A stretch of 64,000 bases of DNA from Chrysomallon squamiferum (lineage: Eukaryota > Animalia > Mollusca): contig CM022677.1 in NCBI GenBank assembly GCA_012295275.1, positions 5,890,001 through 5,954,000 of the forward strand. Direction: 5' to 3'. Below the pieces are notes generated by a model, which saw only the letters and a list, made by a program, of their open reading frames with translations, did no database searches and had not been told where the DNA came from. Shown piece by piece: positions 46,773-64,000 of this stretch. Position numbers and translations under genes: made by a program. Numbering within the stretch: position 1 is the first letter of the stretch; the number at the start of each line of letters is the position of its first letter.

Positions 46773-48314
46773 TACAGAAGTAGACTGCCTACCAATCTAT
46801 TCATCTTTACTACACAACTAATTGATATCCTCACATACAGAAGTAGACTGCCTGCCAATCTATTCATCTTTACTACGCAACTAATTGATATCCTCACATA
46901 CAGAAGTAGACTGCCTACCAATCTATTCATCTTTACTACACAACTAATTGATATCCTCACATACAGAAGTAGACTGCCTACCAATCTATTCATCTTTACT
47001 ACACAACTAATTGATATCCTCACATACAGAAGTAGACTGCCTACCAATCTATTCATCTTTACTACACAACTAATTGATATCTTCACATACAGAAGTAGAC
47101 TGCCTACCAATCTATTCATCTTTACTACACAACTAATTGATATCTTCACATACAGAAGTAGACTGCCTACCAATCTATTCATCTTTACTACGGAACTAAT
47201 TGATATCTTCACATACAGAAGTAGACTGCCTACCAATCTATTCATCTTTACTACACAACTAATTGATATCTTCACATACAGAAGTAGACTGCCTACCAAT
47301 CTATTCATCTTTACTACACAACTAATTGATATCTTCACATACAGAAGTAGACTGCCTACCAATCTATTCATCTTTACTACACAACTAATTGATATCTTCA
47401 CATACAGAAGTAGACTGCCTACCAATCTATTCATCTTTACTACGGAACTAATTGATATCTTCACATACAGAAGTAGACTGCCTACCAATCTATTCATCTT
47501 TACTACACAACTAATTGATATCCTCACATACAGAAGTAGACTGCCTACCAATCTATTCATCTTTACTACACAACTAATTGATATCTTCACATACAGAAGT
47601 AGACTGCCTACCAATCTATTCATCTTTACTACACAACTAATTGATATCCTCACATACAGAAGTAGACTGCCTACCAATCTATTCATCTTTACTACACAAC
47701 TAATTGATATCTTCACATACAGAAGTAGACTGCCTACCAATCTATTCATCTTTACTACACAACTAATTGATATCTTCACATACAGAAGTAGACTGCCTAC
47801 CAATCTATTCATCTTTACTATAGAACTAATTGCTTCTTCACAGAACAGAACTAATTTGATCTATCTTCACATACATACAAGTAGACTGCCTACCAATCTA
47901 TTCATCTTTACTACACAACTAATTGATATCCTCACATACAGAAGTAGACTGCCTACCAATCTATTCATCTTTACTACACAACTAATTGATATCCTCACAT
48001 ACAGAAGTAGACTGCCTACCAATCTATTCATCTTTACTACACAACTAATTGATATCCTCACATACAGAAGTAGACTGCCTACCAATCTATTCATCTTTAC
48101 TACACAACTAATTGATATCTTCACATACAGAAGTAGACTGCCTACCAATCTATTCATCTTTACTACACAACTAATTGATATCCTCACATACAGAAGTAGA
48201 CTGCCTACCAATCTATTCATCTTTACTATGCAACTAATTGATATCTTCACATACAGAAGTAGACTGCCTACCAATCTATTCATCTTTACTACACAACTAA
48301 TTGATATCCTCACA
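46773..48314 (+). repeat. 63-bp minisatellite, about 24 copies, derived from LINE RNase H
   Basis: Unit tacagaagtagactgcctaccaatctattcatctttactacacaactaattgatatc(c/t)tcaca; copies nearly identical; one aberrant unit at ~47820-47880. Confidence 0.97.
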
Positions 48315-48457
48315 TTACTTAAATGGGTCCTAACTTAAACTTACATCACAAACACAACAAAAAAATTACAAAAAATCCTCAAACTCAGCTCACTGCATTC
48401 TCTGTTCAAACTCAAATTTAACTCAAATTTAAGCTGACATTACCAGTGTTTCATTAA

Positions 48458-48684
48458 ATTAAAGAGATCATCGACATTACCAGCTGTTACACTTAAAAAA
48501 GGACAGAAAGTCACATTAAAGAGATCATCGACATTACCAGCTGTTTCACTTAAAAAGCACACAAAGTCACATTAAAGAGATCATCGACATTACCAGCTGT
48601 TTCACTTAAAAAGAACACAAAGTCACATTAAAGAGATCATCGACATTACCAGCTGTTTCACTTAAAAAGGACACAACGTCACAT
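48458..48684 (+). repeat. 56-bp tandem repeat x4 inside LINE RNase H
   Basis: attaaagagatcatcgacattaccagctgtttcacttaaaaag..cacaaagtcac starting at 48458, 48515, 48571, 48627. Confidence 0.95.
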
Positions 48685-49303
48685 TCGAGTGCGTACCCGC
48701 TCATATGGGTGTTATTGGAAATGAGGCAGTAGACATAAACACTAAAATGTCCCTAGAAGACAGAACAATTGACTTTAAAAGTAAATACAACTGTAATGAA
48801 ATTATGACCGTAGCGCACAACAGTCTAATACAATCTTGGCAAAAAGACTGGGACAACAGAACTTGACCACAACACTGTATCATTAGCCAAAAGTAAACTC
48901 TCCCAGCCCACTCTCAGACAACAACAAAACAACTCAAACTAGAACCCGCCTCAGAGTGGGAGTCACTTTTGGACTAAACGACAGCAGACACAACACAGTG
49001 TAAGTGACAAATGCCACAAATGCGAGAAACTGGACAATGTCAGACACTATAGCAAAAATCAACATCAAGTTTACTCCTGTCAATATTTGTGACCCCCTCT
49101 CAAAGACCTGAAAAATCAACTCTTACGAAATAATAGAATATTAGAATAAGTTGAAGCAACAGAAGTTACAATGTAAAAAGATGGATAGTTTACCAACAAA
49201 TGATGGGCTGATGAAGCTGGGGATGCTTGTAATCACACACATAAGTTATTATCTAACATTTATAAATCTATGTATAGGCACTAAATATGAACTTCATTTT
49301 AGC

Positions 49304-49357
<54 letters not shown>

Positions 49358-49673
49358 AACATATTCATGATATTAAGTAACATTAAGAAAAAAATGAAAG
49401 AAGAAGAAAGAAAGAAGAAAAAGAAGAGTATCTCAGTTTACAAAATGACATAGTTTATAAACTGAGCTTGTATAGTGGCTTTAAAATACAATGGGATAAT
49501 CCAACTGATTAGGAGGTGTTTTTAACACATTTTTCATTCTGTACTCTCTTTCATAATTTATTTAATTTTTAAACGTCTGTTTTGTTCACCTACTTATAAA
49601 CTGGAGTGACTTCCCTTCCATCAATAAAACAACAACTTTATATGAACAATATATTATATTTTTCATTAAGTTT

Positions 49674-49711
<38 letters not shown>

Positions 49712-49816
49712 TTTCTGTTTGAAAGAAAAAATCTGCCAGCTCATCTTTGGTGTGTTGTACTGATGAAGAAATAATAAACTCAAAATAAAAATGTTCAGTT
49801 TATTTTTGAAGTGAAC

Positions 49817-50016
49817 NNNNNNNNNNNNNNNNNNNNNNNNNNNNNNNNNNNNNNNNNNNNNNNNNNNNNNNNNNNNNNNNNNNNNNNNNNNNNNNNNNNN
49901 NNNNNNNNNNNNNNNNNNNNNNNNNNNNNNNNNNNNNNNNNNNNNNNNNNNNNNNNNNNNNNNNNNNNNNNNNNNNNNNNNNNNNNNNNNNNNNNNNNNN
50001 NNNNNNNNNNNNNNNN
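49817..50016. other. Assembly gap (200 N)
   Basis: Fixed-length N run. Confidence 1.
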
Positions 50017-50351
50017 GAAAAATGACATTCTTGATATTTGTTTTTGTGAAAAGCGGATGGCATGATTTGTAAATGCAAAATAGTGTATATAAAATTATAA
50101 TAATCTTCATCCCATCTTTGAAATCAGAAGTCCTTTTGAGCTGTTGAATGGTATAATTTTCCTGGAATTCAATTAAGACTGTTACATTTATGTTACAGGT
50201 CACACCACCTATGTCTTCACTTTATAAGAGATATCCATTACGATCTTGGCCTTGTATTGGGAGAGCATTCATCAAACAGCTGAATGATCAATGCAAGTTA
50301 TTGAAAATGAGTAATGCCAAAAGATTTAACATTATCTATATAACGTCTTTT

Positions 50352-50386
<35 letters not shown>

Positions 50387-53290
50387 TTTTGTCTTTGTTT
50401 CTTTCTTGTTTTTTCAAAATTTAATAAAAAGTGTTGCAGTGATGACTAAAATTATATTTAGTTGTTCAAGAGATTTATAAAAAAAAAAAAAAAAAAATAG
50501 AAATAATAATAATAATAATAATGATATATTAGGAAAGTTGTAATGAATTCCAAAACTACAGTGAAAGTGAGGTTTGAGTAACAGCTGACTTACAGTATTA
50601 AACACATCATCATCATCATCATTATTTGTGCATACTTACATGTGAATAAATGAGAGCTGACTCTCTTATCATTAATTTGATTAGTCTTGAATGTGCACCT
50701 GTCATGATATTCAGTCCTTAGACCAAGTGCAGTTCTCCTCATCTGAGGAATTGTAGACGTTGATAATTTCACAGTCATCATCACTGACAATGTCATTGTC
50801 TCTGACTGAGAACTGGAACTGATTGGTTAAGTTCTAACCTTTCAACAACCAATGGGAATGCATCCTAAGATCTTTCATACAAATTTGACTGGTTACGCTG
50901 CAAGGACTAATTATTCAGTAAATTTTACACAAATGAAATAATCATCCAAGCTGTGTATGCTAGTCCTGTAGTATCAGGTATCCTTACATTTTGTATAATT
51001 ATAAACCCTCAGTTTGATTTTGTTCCCCTCTAAATATCATGACAATTACTTGATACCTGTTCACACTACAGAGAAATTTATATGGAATTTAAAAAAAATA
51101 TATATATATATATTTTCAAATGCCATCAGCTGGGTGGTGTGGTTACTAAAAGTTATTAGTTTGATCTCAGAGTTTAAAAAGTGATCATCTGTTGTTATTT
51201 TTAATCCTTCAAAAACAAGATGTCCTCTTATGAAACATTAAAAAAAAAAAAATTCATGTTTTTCTGGTGACGTGGCTTTGTTTTTCTAATAGTTCTAAAT
51301 TCGTAAATTCAAAATGATATGTATAATAATTGCCTTCTGTTCCGAGTCAAATAGAGATCAAAATATCCTTTTCTGCTGTTGAAATATAAACAGACATGGA
51401 GAATTAAACTAAGGTGTACTTAGTGAGTGAATCTGTGGCCTGAATGTTTTAAACTTCTAGACAATTTCCAAATTTTATTGAATTATTTTTTATTTTTTAT
51501 TTTTTTTTTTTCATTTTTTTCACATCCCATTATTTTTCAGTTTCTATTTATTTATTCGTGAAATCTCTATTCATGGGCCTAACATACTTACCTACATTTG
51601 TATCCAAGACAAATGCCAAAAATATAAGTAACAAATGGAGGGCAGTGACAATGACATTTTTTATTGTTCTTTGTTTTTCTTTTTCTTTTTCTTTTTTGTC
51701 ATTTTGCCTCTCAAATCTGTCAGAAGAGTGTTCTTGAATTCTACCTTTTTGTTGGTGAAACAAAATAAAAGAAAGTTAATACAGCAGCTACCAGCTTTCT
51801 GTCCCTGCAAAATGTGTAGATTCCTGTTCTTCCCATTTTCCTAATGTTACATGCAGCTCAGAACCTTACAATGATAGTTGTATTTAGCAGATCCTTGTGA
51901 ACCAGTTTGTAAAAAAAAAAAAAAAAAAAAATTTGTCAGTTATTACAGAAAGAAAAATGGTGGGCAAATTTTGTTTTTATTCTTTTCATCATCTTTTCAC
52001 TGTCTTTTAATACCTGATCTTACATACAACCAGATTATAAGAATTAATAAGAATAGTTATTTAGCTCTAACATAATTCTGAGTGTGATGCAAATCTGGTG
52101 ACCCCTACTTCTTAGTTTTGGCCCAGGACAGGGTGCTTGAGGATTTCTTTATTATTAACACAGAAAGCAAGTACAGTAAAGTGAAAAGCATGCTAGTGCA
52201 ATAAAATATCTAAAAAATGACATCCCTATCAAGGCCCCCTCCTTGTCAAATTATTATATATCTATTCCTGTATATGGTCACATTTGTTAAAAGAAATATT
52301 TAAAATTTGACAGACTTGCTAAAACTGCATAAAAATATGTATGTAATATTAAAATATGGTTAATTTCCATCTGTTAACAAACAAAAAAAAAAAAAATATT
52401 TTTTTTATGAGCAAATATGTTTTTTCAAATATTAGAAATGAGAAACCATATTTTACTTCTTGTCAAGGTCGCTTTGGGTCAGAGAAAAGATGCCAGCTGA
52501 GTAATATAATTAATTTAATGCAGATCTGTTTTAATGACAGTAACAGTCATGAAAATCAGGTTGTTACTTTTGATGCTGTGTGCATTTTAATGGTTTATTT
52601 ATCATCATGATGACAATTTATTTATTTATTTGATAACATTTTCTATTTTAAAATGAGAAGTATGAATATTATTTTTTTTGAGTCTGTTGATACAAATTTC
52701 AGTTAAAGTCTGACTTTTTAATGGTTGTGATTTATCCAGTAAGAATAATGAATAAAAGGTAATTTTATTTAATTATCTATATATATTATTTTCGTGTTTA
52801 TATTCAGACACCCATCTTCCAAGCTAGCTTCCATTTCTGTAAAAACAAATGTTAAAAATATTGCCTTGCTTTTTATGGTTGTGATGTTTTTTTCTGTAAA
52901 TTAATTCCATATTATTTTACTTTACAGTGACTATAAACTTACATTTTTACCTATTGCGATCCCACTTTTTTTTATATAAAATGTTTAATTGGTAATAAAT
53001 GTCTTTTTAATATACATATACATGATAAAATTTATTACAATTTTTAAATTATTTACTATTACTATGTATATTTTAATTACTGTTTTGATATTATACTTGA
53101 AACAGAAAATAAAAATAATAAATATATATAAAGAAACCACACTGTCAATGAAGTTAATAATGTGCATGACCTATAAAAATTGTCAATGTTCATTATGAAT
53201 TTTTTTTTTTTTTTTTTTTTTTAAATATTTTTTACATGTCACTTTTTAATAAAGAACATTTAAATGTTGTAAAATGGTGTGCTGTTGTTA

Positions 53291-53340
<50 letters not shown>

Positions 53341-54440
53341 TTAGTTTTATTTTATTTTAACAGTTGGTGAATGGACAGTATTAATGGGAATCACAGTGAA
53401 ATGATTCATAAATTAATTTTTAAATGACACTCATTGCTTAATGATAATAATGAAGTTAGTAATGAGTATAATAAATTAATATTTTATCATTATTATTATT
53501 AGTAGTACTAGTAGTAGTGGTAGTAGTAGTAGATTTTAAGCCTTTTGTATCCTGAAAAATAAATAAGACTGATTCAGTTTGTAGAAAAAGGAATGCAAGT
53601 GTTTTTCAGATTTTTCACCGTCACAGTAAGCAAAATATACACGCTTAAAACGATGGGCTTATTTCATTTTTTATTATTATTTTTAAATGTTTAAAATTTA
53701 AAAATTTGAATGAACAAAATTGATAAGCATTAGCTCATGTTTCTAAAGCTGTTTCGTGAAAATGGACGTCAAAAATTCGCATAGGAAGAAGGAAAACAAC
53801 CAGCAAAATAAAGGAAAGACAACTTTCGATAATAACTTATACGTGACTCAATCTGAAAAGAGATTTTTCACTGATACGAAAAGTCGTCAAAGACTGCACA
53901 TAAAAGTAACACGTACAATAATATATCAACAGCATCGTCAACAACAACGACAACAATAGCAATATTAATAATAATATCAACAACAATAATAAGCATATAA
54001 ATAAAAATATAATAAAATTCAAAGACACATACAAATATATAATCAAATGGAAAAAATAAAATAAAATTAAAGGAAAAACATTAAGAAGCATATCAACGTT
54101 GGGAATAATTTCTCAATTCGTTACTAATGCTGAGCAGTTGATACGCAATGATTTCAGTTCTTGTAATATAAACATAACATGACCAAATTTTCAAAATCAA
54201 ATACGTAGATTTAATATTTTTTTTAATCTTTTTCCAGTTTTATACGATTAGAATTTGAATAAAGGACAAGGTGATTAATTAAACCAGTAGATATTTTAAT
54301 ATAGACGACTGTGATATATCTAATCACAAAATAATATTAATGATGGTGATGTACATAATAATAATAACAATAACGATAATAACGACGATGATGACGATAA
54401 CATTAATGATTAAAACGATAATGTAATGACAATAACGACA

Positions 54441-54473
<33 letters not shown>

Positions 54474-54507
54474 TGCAGGTAGAAAGTGGGAAGGGATATA
54501 TATATAT

Positions 54508-54554
<47 letters not shown>

Positions 54555-54882
54555 GTATGTATGTATGTGTGTGACGTTTTATAAACGAGTAATTCAGTAA
54601 GATTATAAAAAACAAAACAAAACAGGAGGTGGGGCTAAAAAACCGGTTTTTCTCTTTCCGGCATTAACAAAAACTGGCTGATTTTGCTCGATCTAAAAAT
54701 AAAGACACACATTATTTTTTTTCGTTCCATGCGTAACGTGAGTCGTAAAGGCTTATCCACCCACCCGCGTTAACAACTCCGAGGTGTAGTAAAACTGGTT
54801 TTTGCTGACCCCGTTTCTCGAAGCAGAAACGACCCGTGTAGTAAAAACACCAAAGAGGAGGAACACTTATTTAACATACAGC

Positions 54883-60199
<5,317 letters not shown>

Positions 60200-60288
60200 C
60201 AATTAATCAAACGATCAGTTGTGCTTTGGCTACGAATTTTAAAAGTTTTAACAGAAATTAAAATGATCTAATCTCACACATGACAGCT

Positions 60289-60387
<99 letters not shown>

Positions 60388-60394
60388 AAGAGAA

Positions 60395-60425
<31 letters not shown>

Positions 60426-60442
60426 CAGAGAGAAAGACAGAA

Positions 60443-60533
<91 letters not shown>

Positions 60534-61589
60534 AAATCATAATTTTTATTTTCTTATACCTATACTGTATGACATTTGTTTACAAAATTTTTATGTCTAT
60601 ATATTGTTCTAACGTTATTATGTCACTGTATCATATAACTGTTATGTGTACTAAAGTTTAATATTTCAGTACGTTTTACGGCTTATATTTACATTCGCGA
60701 TTTTCCGGGCTTTTGTATTTTCCGGACAAATGTCTACGTTACCCTATTGTCCTTGAAATCGAGGTTCAACAGAAGTCTGCGAAACCGAGACTGGGGGGAA
60801 TATTCTGCTTGAATTTGCAATAATTTTATTTTATTTTTGTTTATTTTATTTTATTTTTATTTTTATTATTATTTTTTTTTGATTTAAGGAAAGTTGGCGT
60901 AGAGCTGCTAATAGCGAAAACTGTGTCTTTGAATTTACAATAAAAATTAACATTTTATTTTAATCTGCCCAACGGTTTTGTAAATGACCTCAATTTACAC
61001 CTTAAGTGTGACTATAACAGTTATAATTACGTTCCACTATCAGTAGATTCGGATTACAGCCCAGCACATATCAAAGAATATTTACAAAATTATATACAAA
61101 TTCTTAACTTTGCCATCCGCAGTAAATAACATTAAAGAAAAGAGATATCTTCCATCTTTGACGTTAAGTAAGTTTATTAATATACTAAATAAAGGCACAT
61201 GAACATCTCGTATTATTCGCCAGCAAATGTAATTCAAAGAAGGTAATTTTAACACAGTGTCTACAAATGATATTTACTTTTTAAATAAAAACGAAATTCT
61301 TGCACCATATCGCAAAACACTGTCACGGAGAAGGACAAATACAGTTTTGTTTAATGCCTCTGTAATTCGTGTTTGTTCTAATCTACGAGCAGAAGTATTA
61401 CGTACAGAAACAAACATCCATGTATACATACATACATACATATAAACAAACACACACATACACATGCACCCCAGCAGATTTCCAATAACATGAAATGCAC
61501 GCAAAAATGACAAAAGACAATGAACGGTGTGCTTCGTGGGAAGCGCGGATAAAATCGGTTATTGAGCAACTTTATTTTAATATTGTCTT

Positions 61590-61745
61590 GATGGTCGGAG
61601 TGCGGGCGGGGGAATGGGTGCCATACGTTCGAGTCTCGTCAGCGGCATCTGACGGGGTTTGTGAGGTCGTGACTTGACTTCGTCGACGTTTACTCGAATA
61701 CTGTTTATGTGCAGAATCTAATCAGACGTACAAATGCCAGAGAAT
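61590..61745 (+). mobile_element. tRNA-derived SINE copy 2 (5' truncated)
   Basis: gaatgggtgccatacgttcgagtctcgtcagcggcatctgacggggtttgtgaggtcgtga...tgtgcagaatctaatcaga, homologous to 27975-28150; B-box GTTCGAGTC. Confidence 0.7.
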
Positions 61746-63094
61746 ATTCATACCTAAATACATACATTGATATATATATATATAGGTACAAAACGAGTTC
61801 TAAGGAAATTTAAATCTGAAACCGTGTGGACTAACCAAGACTTTGATTCCAAAAATGTTGTGTATCTGAAAACACGCAATTTTTGTAAGAAAGAAAAAAA
61901 AAACAGTATGTCGGCCAAACAGAAAATGTGTTACGAGTTATAACTCTTTGTCACAAATAAGATATTAGGCATGAAGCTGAGAAGATTAAGGCCAAACGTT
62001 TTAATCTACCTGGTCCATATATCACAAGATAATTTGTAAATAATCCCCAGTACAGCAAATTACTAATTTTTTGGTTAAAAAGTCGAAGCTGGGCTTTTTG
62101 AGACTCGCACGTTACAAACTGAAAAACCATTAGCAATGAATGTTGAAACGCGTAAAATTATGAAGGAGCAGTATTATTTCAACTTACAGAGACTGCTATG
62201 AAAAATGCACTAACAGCACGTCCAGTCATAGCTTACAGGACGTTTAACTCTGAATAATACGTCTGTATAAAGTTATTTATCAGCCGGTAATGAAATGATC
62301 CTTATAAAGCCAAGAATAAAATAAAAATAAAAACGACCCAGTACAACAACATATACCATTAAATAGTCAAAAGATCAAAGTACTCTGCTATGTACATAAT
62401 AAACGTCAACTTTAATCATCGAGAAAAAAACATAATACTAATAATACTAAAAATCAATTCATGATCAACTGCTGTTTTAATTTTTAAATACATACATACA
62501 TTCATAAGCACAGATGTTACATGCATATGAATATATATATAAATACACACACATACACACTACAGACATGAACACACACACACACACATATATATACACA
62601 CATATACAAAGGCTGATAATTATAATTTGAAATAGTATTTATTTATCAGTATTGTAGGAGTTTACAACTGAAATAAATAACATAATTATTGCAATGTAGT
62701 GACGTTAATATATTTTACATATCTACTGATTATCTGCGTTCTAATTTTTTTCACGGAAATCGAAACCAGGACGAAGCCATTGTAAATAATCAAAAGTAGA
62801 CACAGGCTAACTCGACCTCCTATTTTTAACAAACAGAGGTAGCAGGGGTCACATATACCCCTCCCACTTGTTTTATTACGACTTTTAGCCTTGTTGTCGT
62901 TTTGTCATGTTTATATTTTTATCTGCATAAAAAAACTGTGACTGTGAAGATTTGAGTTAACCCCACTTTTTCAAGCAAATGGTACGTTCCAGGGATTTCC
63001 CTTATTTTGTGTAGTCGCCATATTGACAGTTTTTCATTAATTTGTAAGACAGAGAACACTCCTCTCCTTTATTTAGGTAAGTAACGTATAATTA

Positions 63095-63145
<51 letters not shown>

Positions 63146-63323
63146 GTTAACACAAAATAAAACGTCAGTTTTCTCGTTTTCCTAGCGACGTTAGTAAGCG
63201 AGCGAGCGAGTTACGTGTTCGTAAAGCAAAGTCTGTGAAGGTTATTTTCAACGACACACTTAATTGTTCACTATTTTGTCCATGTATTACAAATAATAGT
63301 TTTAAAACCATGTGGCAGTGGCG

Positions 63324-63378
<55 letters not shown>

Positions 63379-63505
63379 CATAAAATATACGATTTATTCT
63401 TTCTCTGTCTTTCTTGCTCGGTAATTCTATGTACGTTAATAAATATTTTAAACGGAAAATAAAGACAATTCTCGGATAATCAGTTTTCTACATACCTTAC
63501 AAATG

Positions 63506-63558
<53 letters not shown>

Positions 63559-63652
63559 ATGAGTTATTTATTTATTCAGTAATTTTCGAAAGTAAAGATT
63601 TCTCTGACTTTTTTCTTAGTAATTCTATGTACGTAATTTTATGTAATAAATA

Positions 63653-63891
63653 CAGTGGTACCTCGAGATACGAGTGCTCCAACTTAGGAGTTTCCGAGAT
63701 ACGAGCAGTCGATCTATCGAGGTTTTGCTTTGAGTTGCGAGCCACGGTCCGAGTTACGAGCGAGCTTGAGATATGCTGCCGCTAGATGGCGCAACGAACA
63801 ACACGACACCCGCCCAACATTCCACGATTCACTCATTTTTTTCACTCTTACGTCATGGAACGAGTTAAACTCGTAAGTCAAGGTACCACTG
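63653..63891. mobile_element. Tigger-like MITE, 239 bp, TA target-site duplication
   Basis: TA-cagtggtacctcgagatacgag ... ctcgtaagtcaaggtaccactg-TA; same family as 25430-26117. Confidence 0.92.
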
Positions 63892-64000
63892 TATTTCAAA
63901 AGGAAAATAAAGACAATTTTCGGATAACCTGTTTTCTGAAATATTTCTTATAAAATCAGAAGAATGAGGTAATAGAGAGGGTTATCGTGATAAATCTACG

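Larger units (their letters stand above)
45660..49135 (+). mobile_element. Degenerate, internally deleted RNase H-containing non-LTR retrotransposon (I-group-like LINE)
   Basis: APE endonuclease motifs AGVATCVRN (~45783), IILGDFNSRNHLWG (~45993) and SDHLPV (~46170). It then jumps directly to post-RT LETAYNNTLHIIARISPDTPTDSLFVELNILPLKIRR, RNase H motifs HIYTDSSK (~46680), RLPTNLFIFTT(E/Q)LI and VPAHMGVIGNEAVD (~48690), and C-terminal WQKDWD, TRLRVG and CHKC...H. Many stops and frameshifts; no RT domain seen. Confidence 0.85.

Noticed and set aside
49586-50203. ORFs spanning the N run
   Set aside because: Artefacts of translating through the assembly gap.
50190-50330. Plus-strand exon after tgttacag (VTPPMSSLYKRYPLRSWPC or GHTTYVFTL*)
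   Set aside because: A plausible acceptor, but no recognisable homology and no upstream exon visible because of the gap; too weak to call.
54802-54882. N-terminal extension of the ENPP ORF from the TTG at 54802
   Set aside because: Non-ATG start; the ATG at 54883 directly precedes a signal peptide.

Overview
AT-rich, microsatellite-dense eukaryotic (metazoan) genomic DNA with two 200-N scaffold gaps. A mollusc/gastropod is my inference from the SINE type; it is not proven. One intact spliced gene was reconstructed by hand: a 7-exon ENPP6-like (nucleotide pyrophosphatase/phosphodiesterase) gene on + (54883-60199, 453 aa, signal peptide, C-terminal TM). Its frame is intact, but it has lost a Zn-ligand Asp at each metal site and the phosphate-binding Asn, so it is a candidate membrane pseudoenzyme. 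A frameshifted GPR153/GPR162-like orphan GPCR exon (TM1 end to TM6) lies on - at 29065-29680. Bases 1-26.6 kb are a patchwork of old, shuffled non-coding duplications with repeated ACGT-core motifs and two apparent promoter/first-exon copies. The middle of the window holds large tandem arrays that grew out of transposable elements: 42-bp and 21-bp satellites apparently from the same SINE core segment, and 63-bp and 56-bp minisatellites from the RNase H domain of an internally deleted LINE. Tigger-like and hAT-like non-autonomous elements and tRNA-derived SINEs are also present. Almost all other ORFs in the track are repeat artefacts. There is no CRISPR array, rRNA or true tRNA gene. All homology calls come from recalled family motifs and need confirmation by database search.
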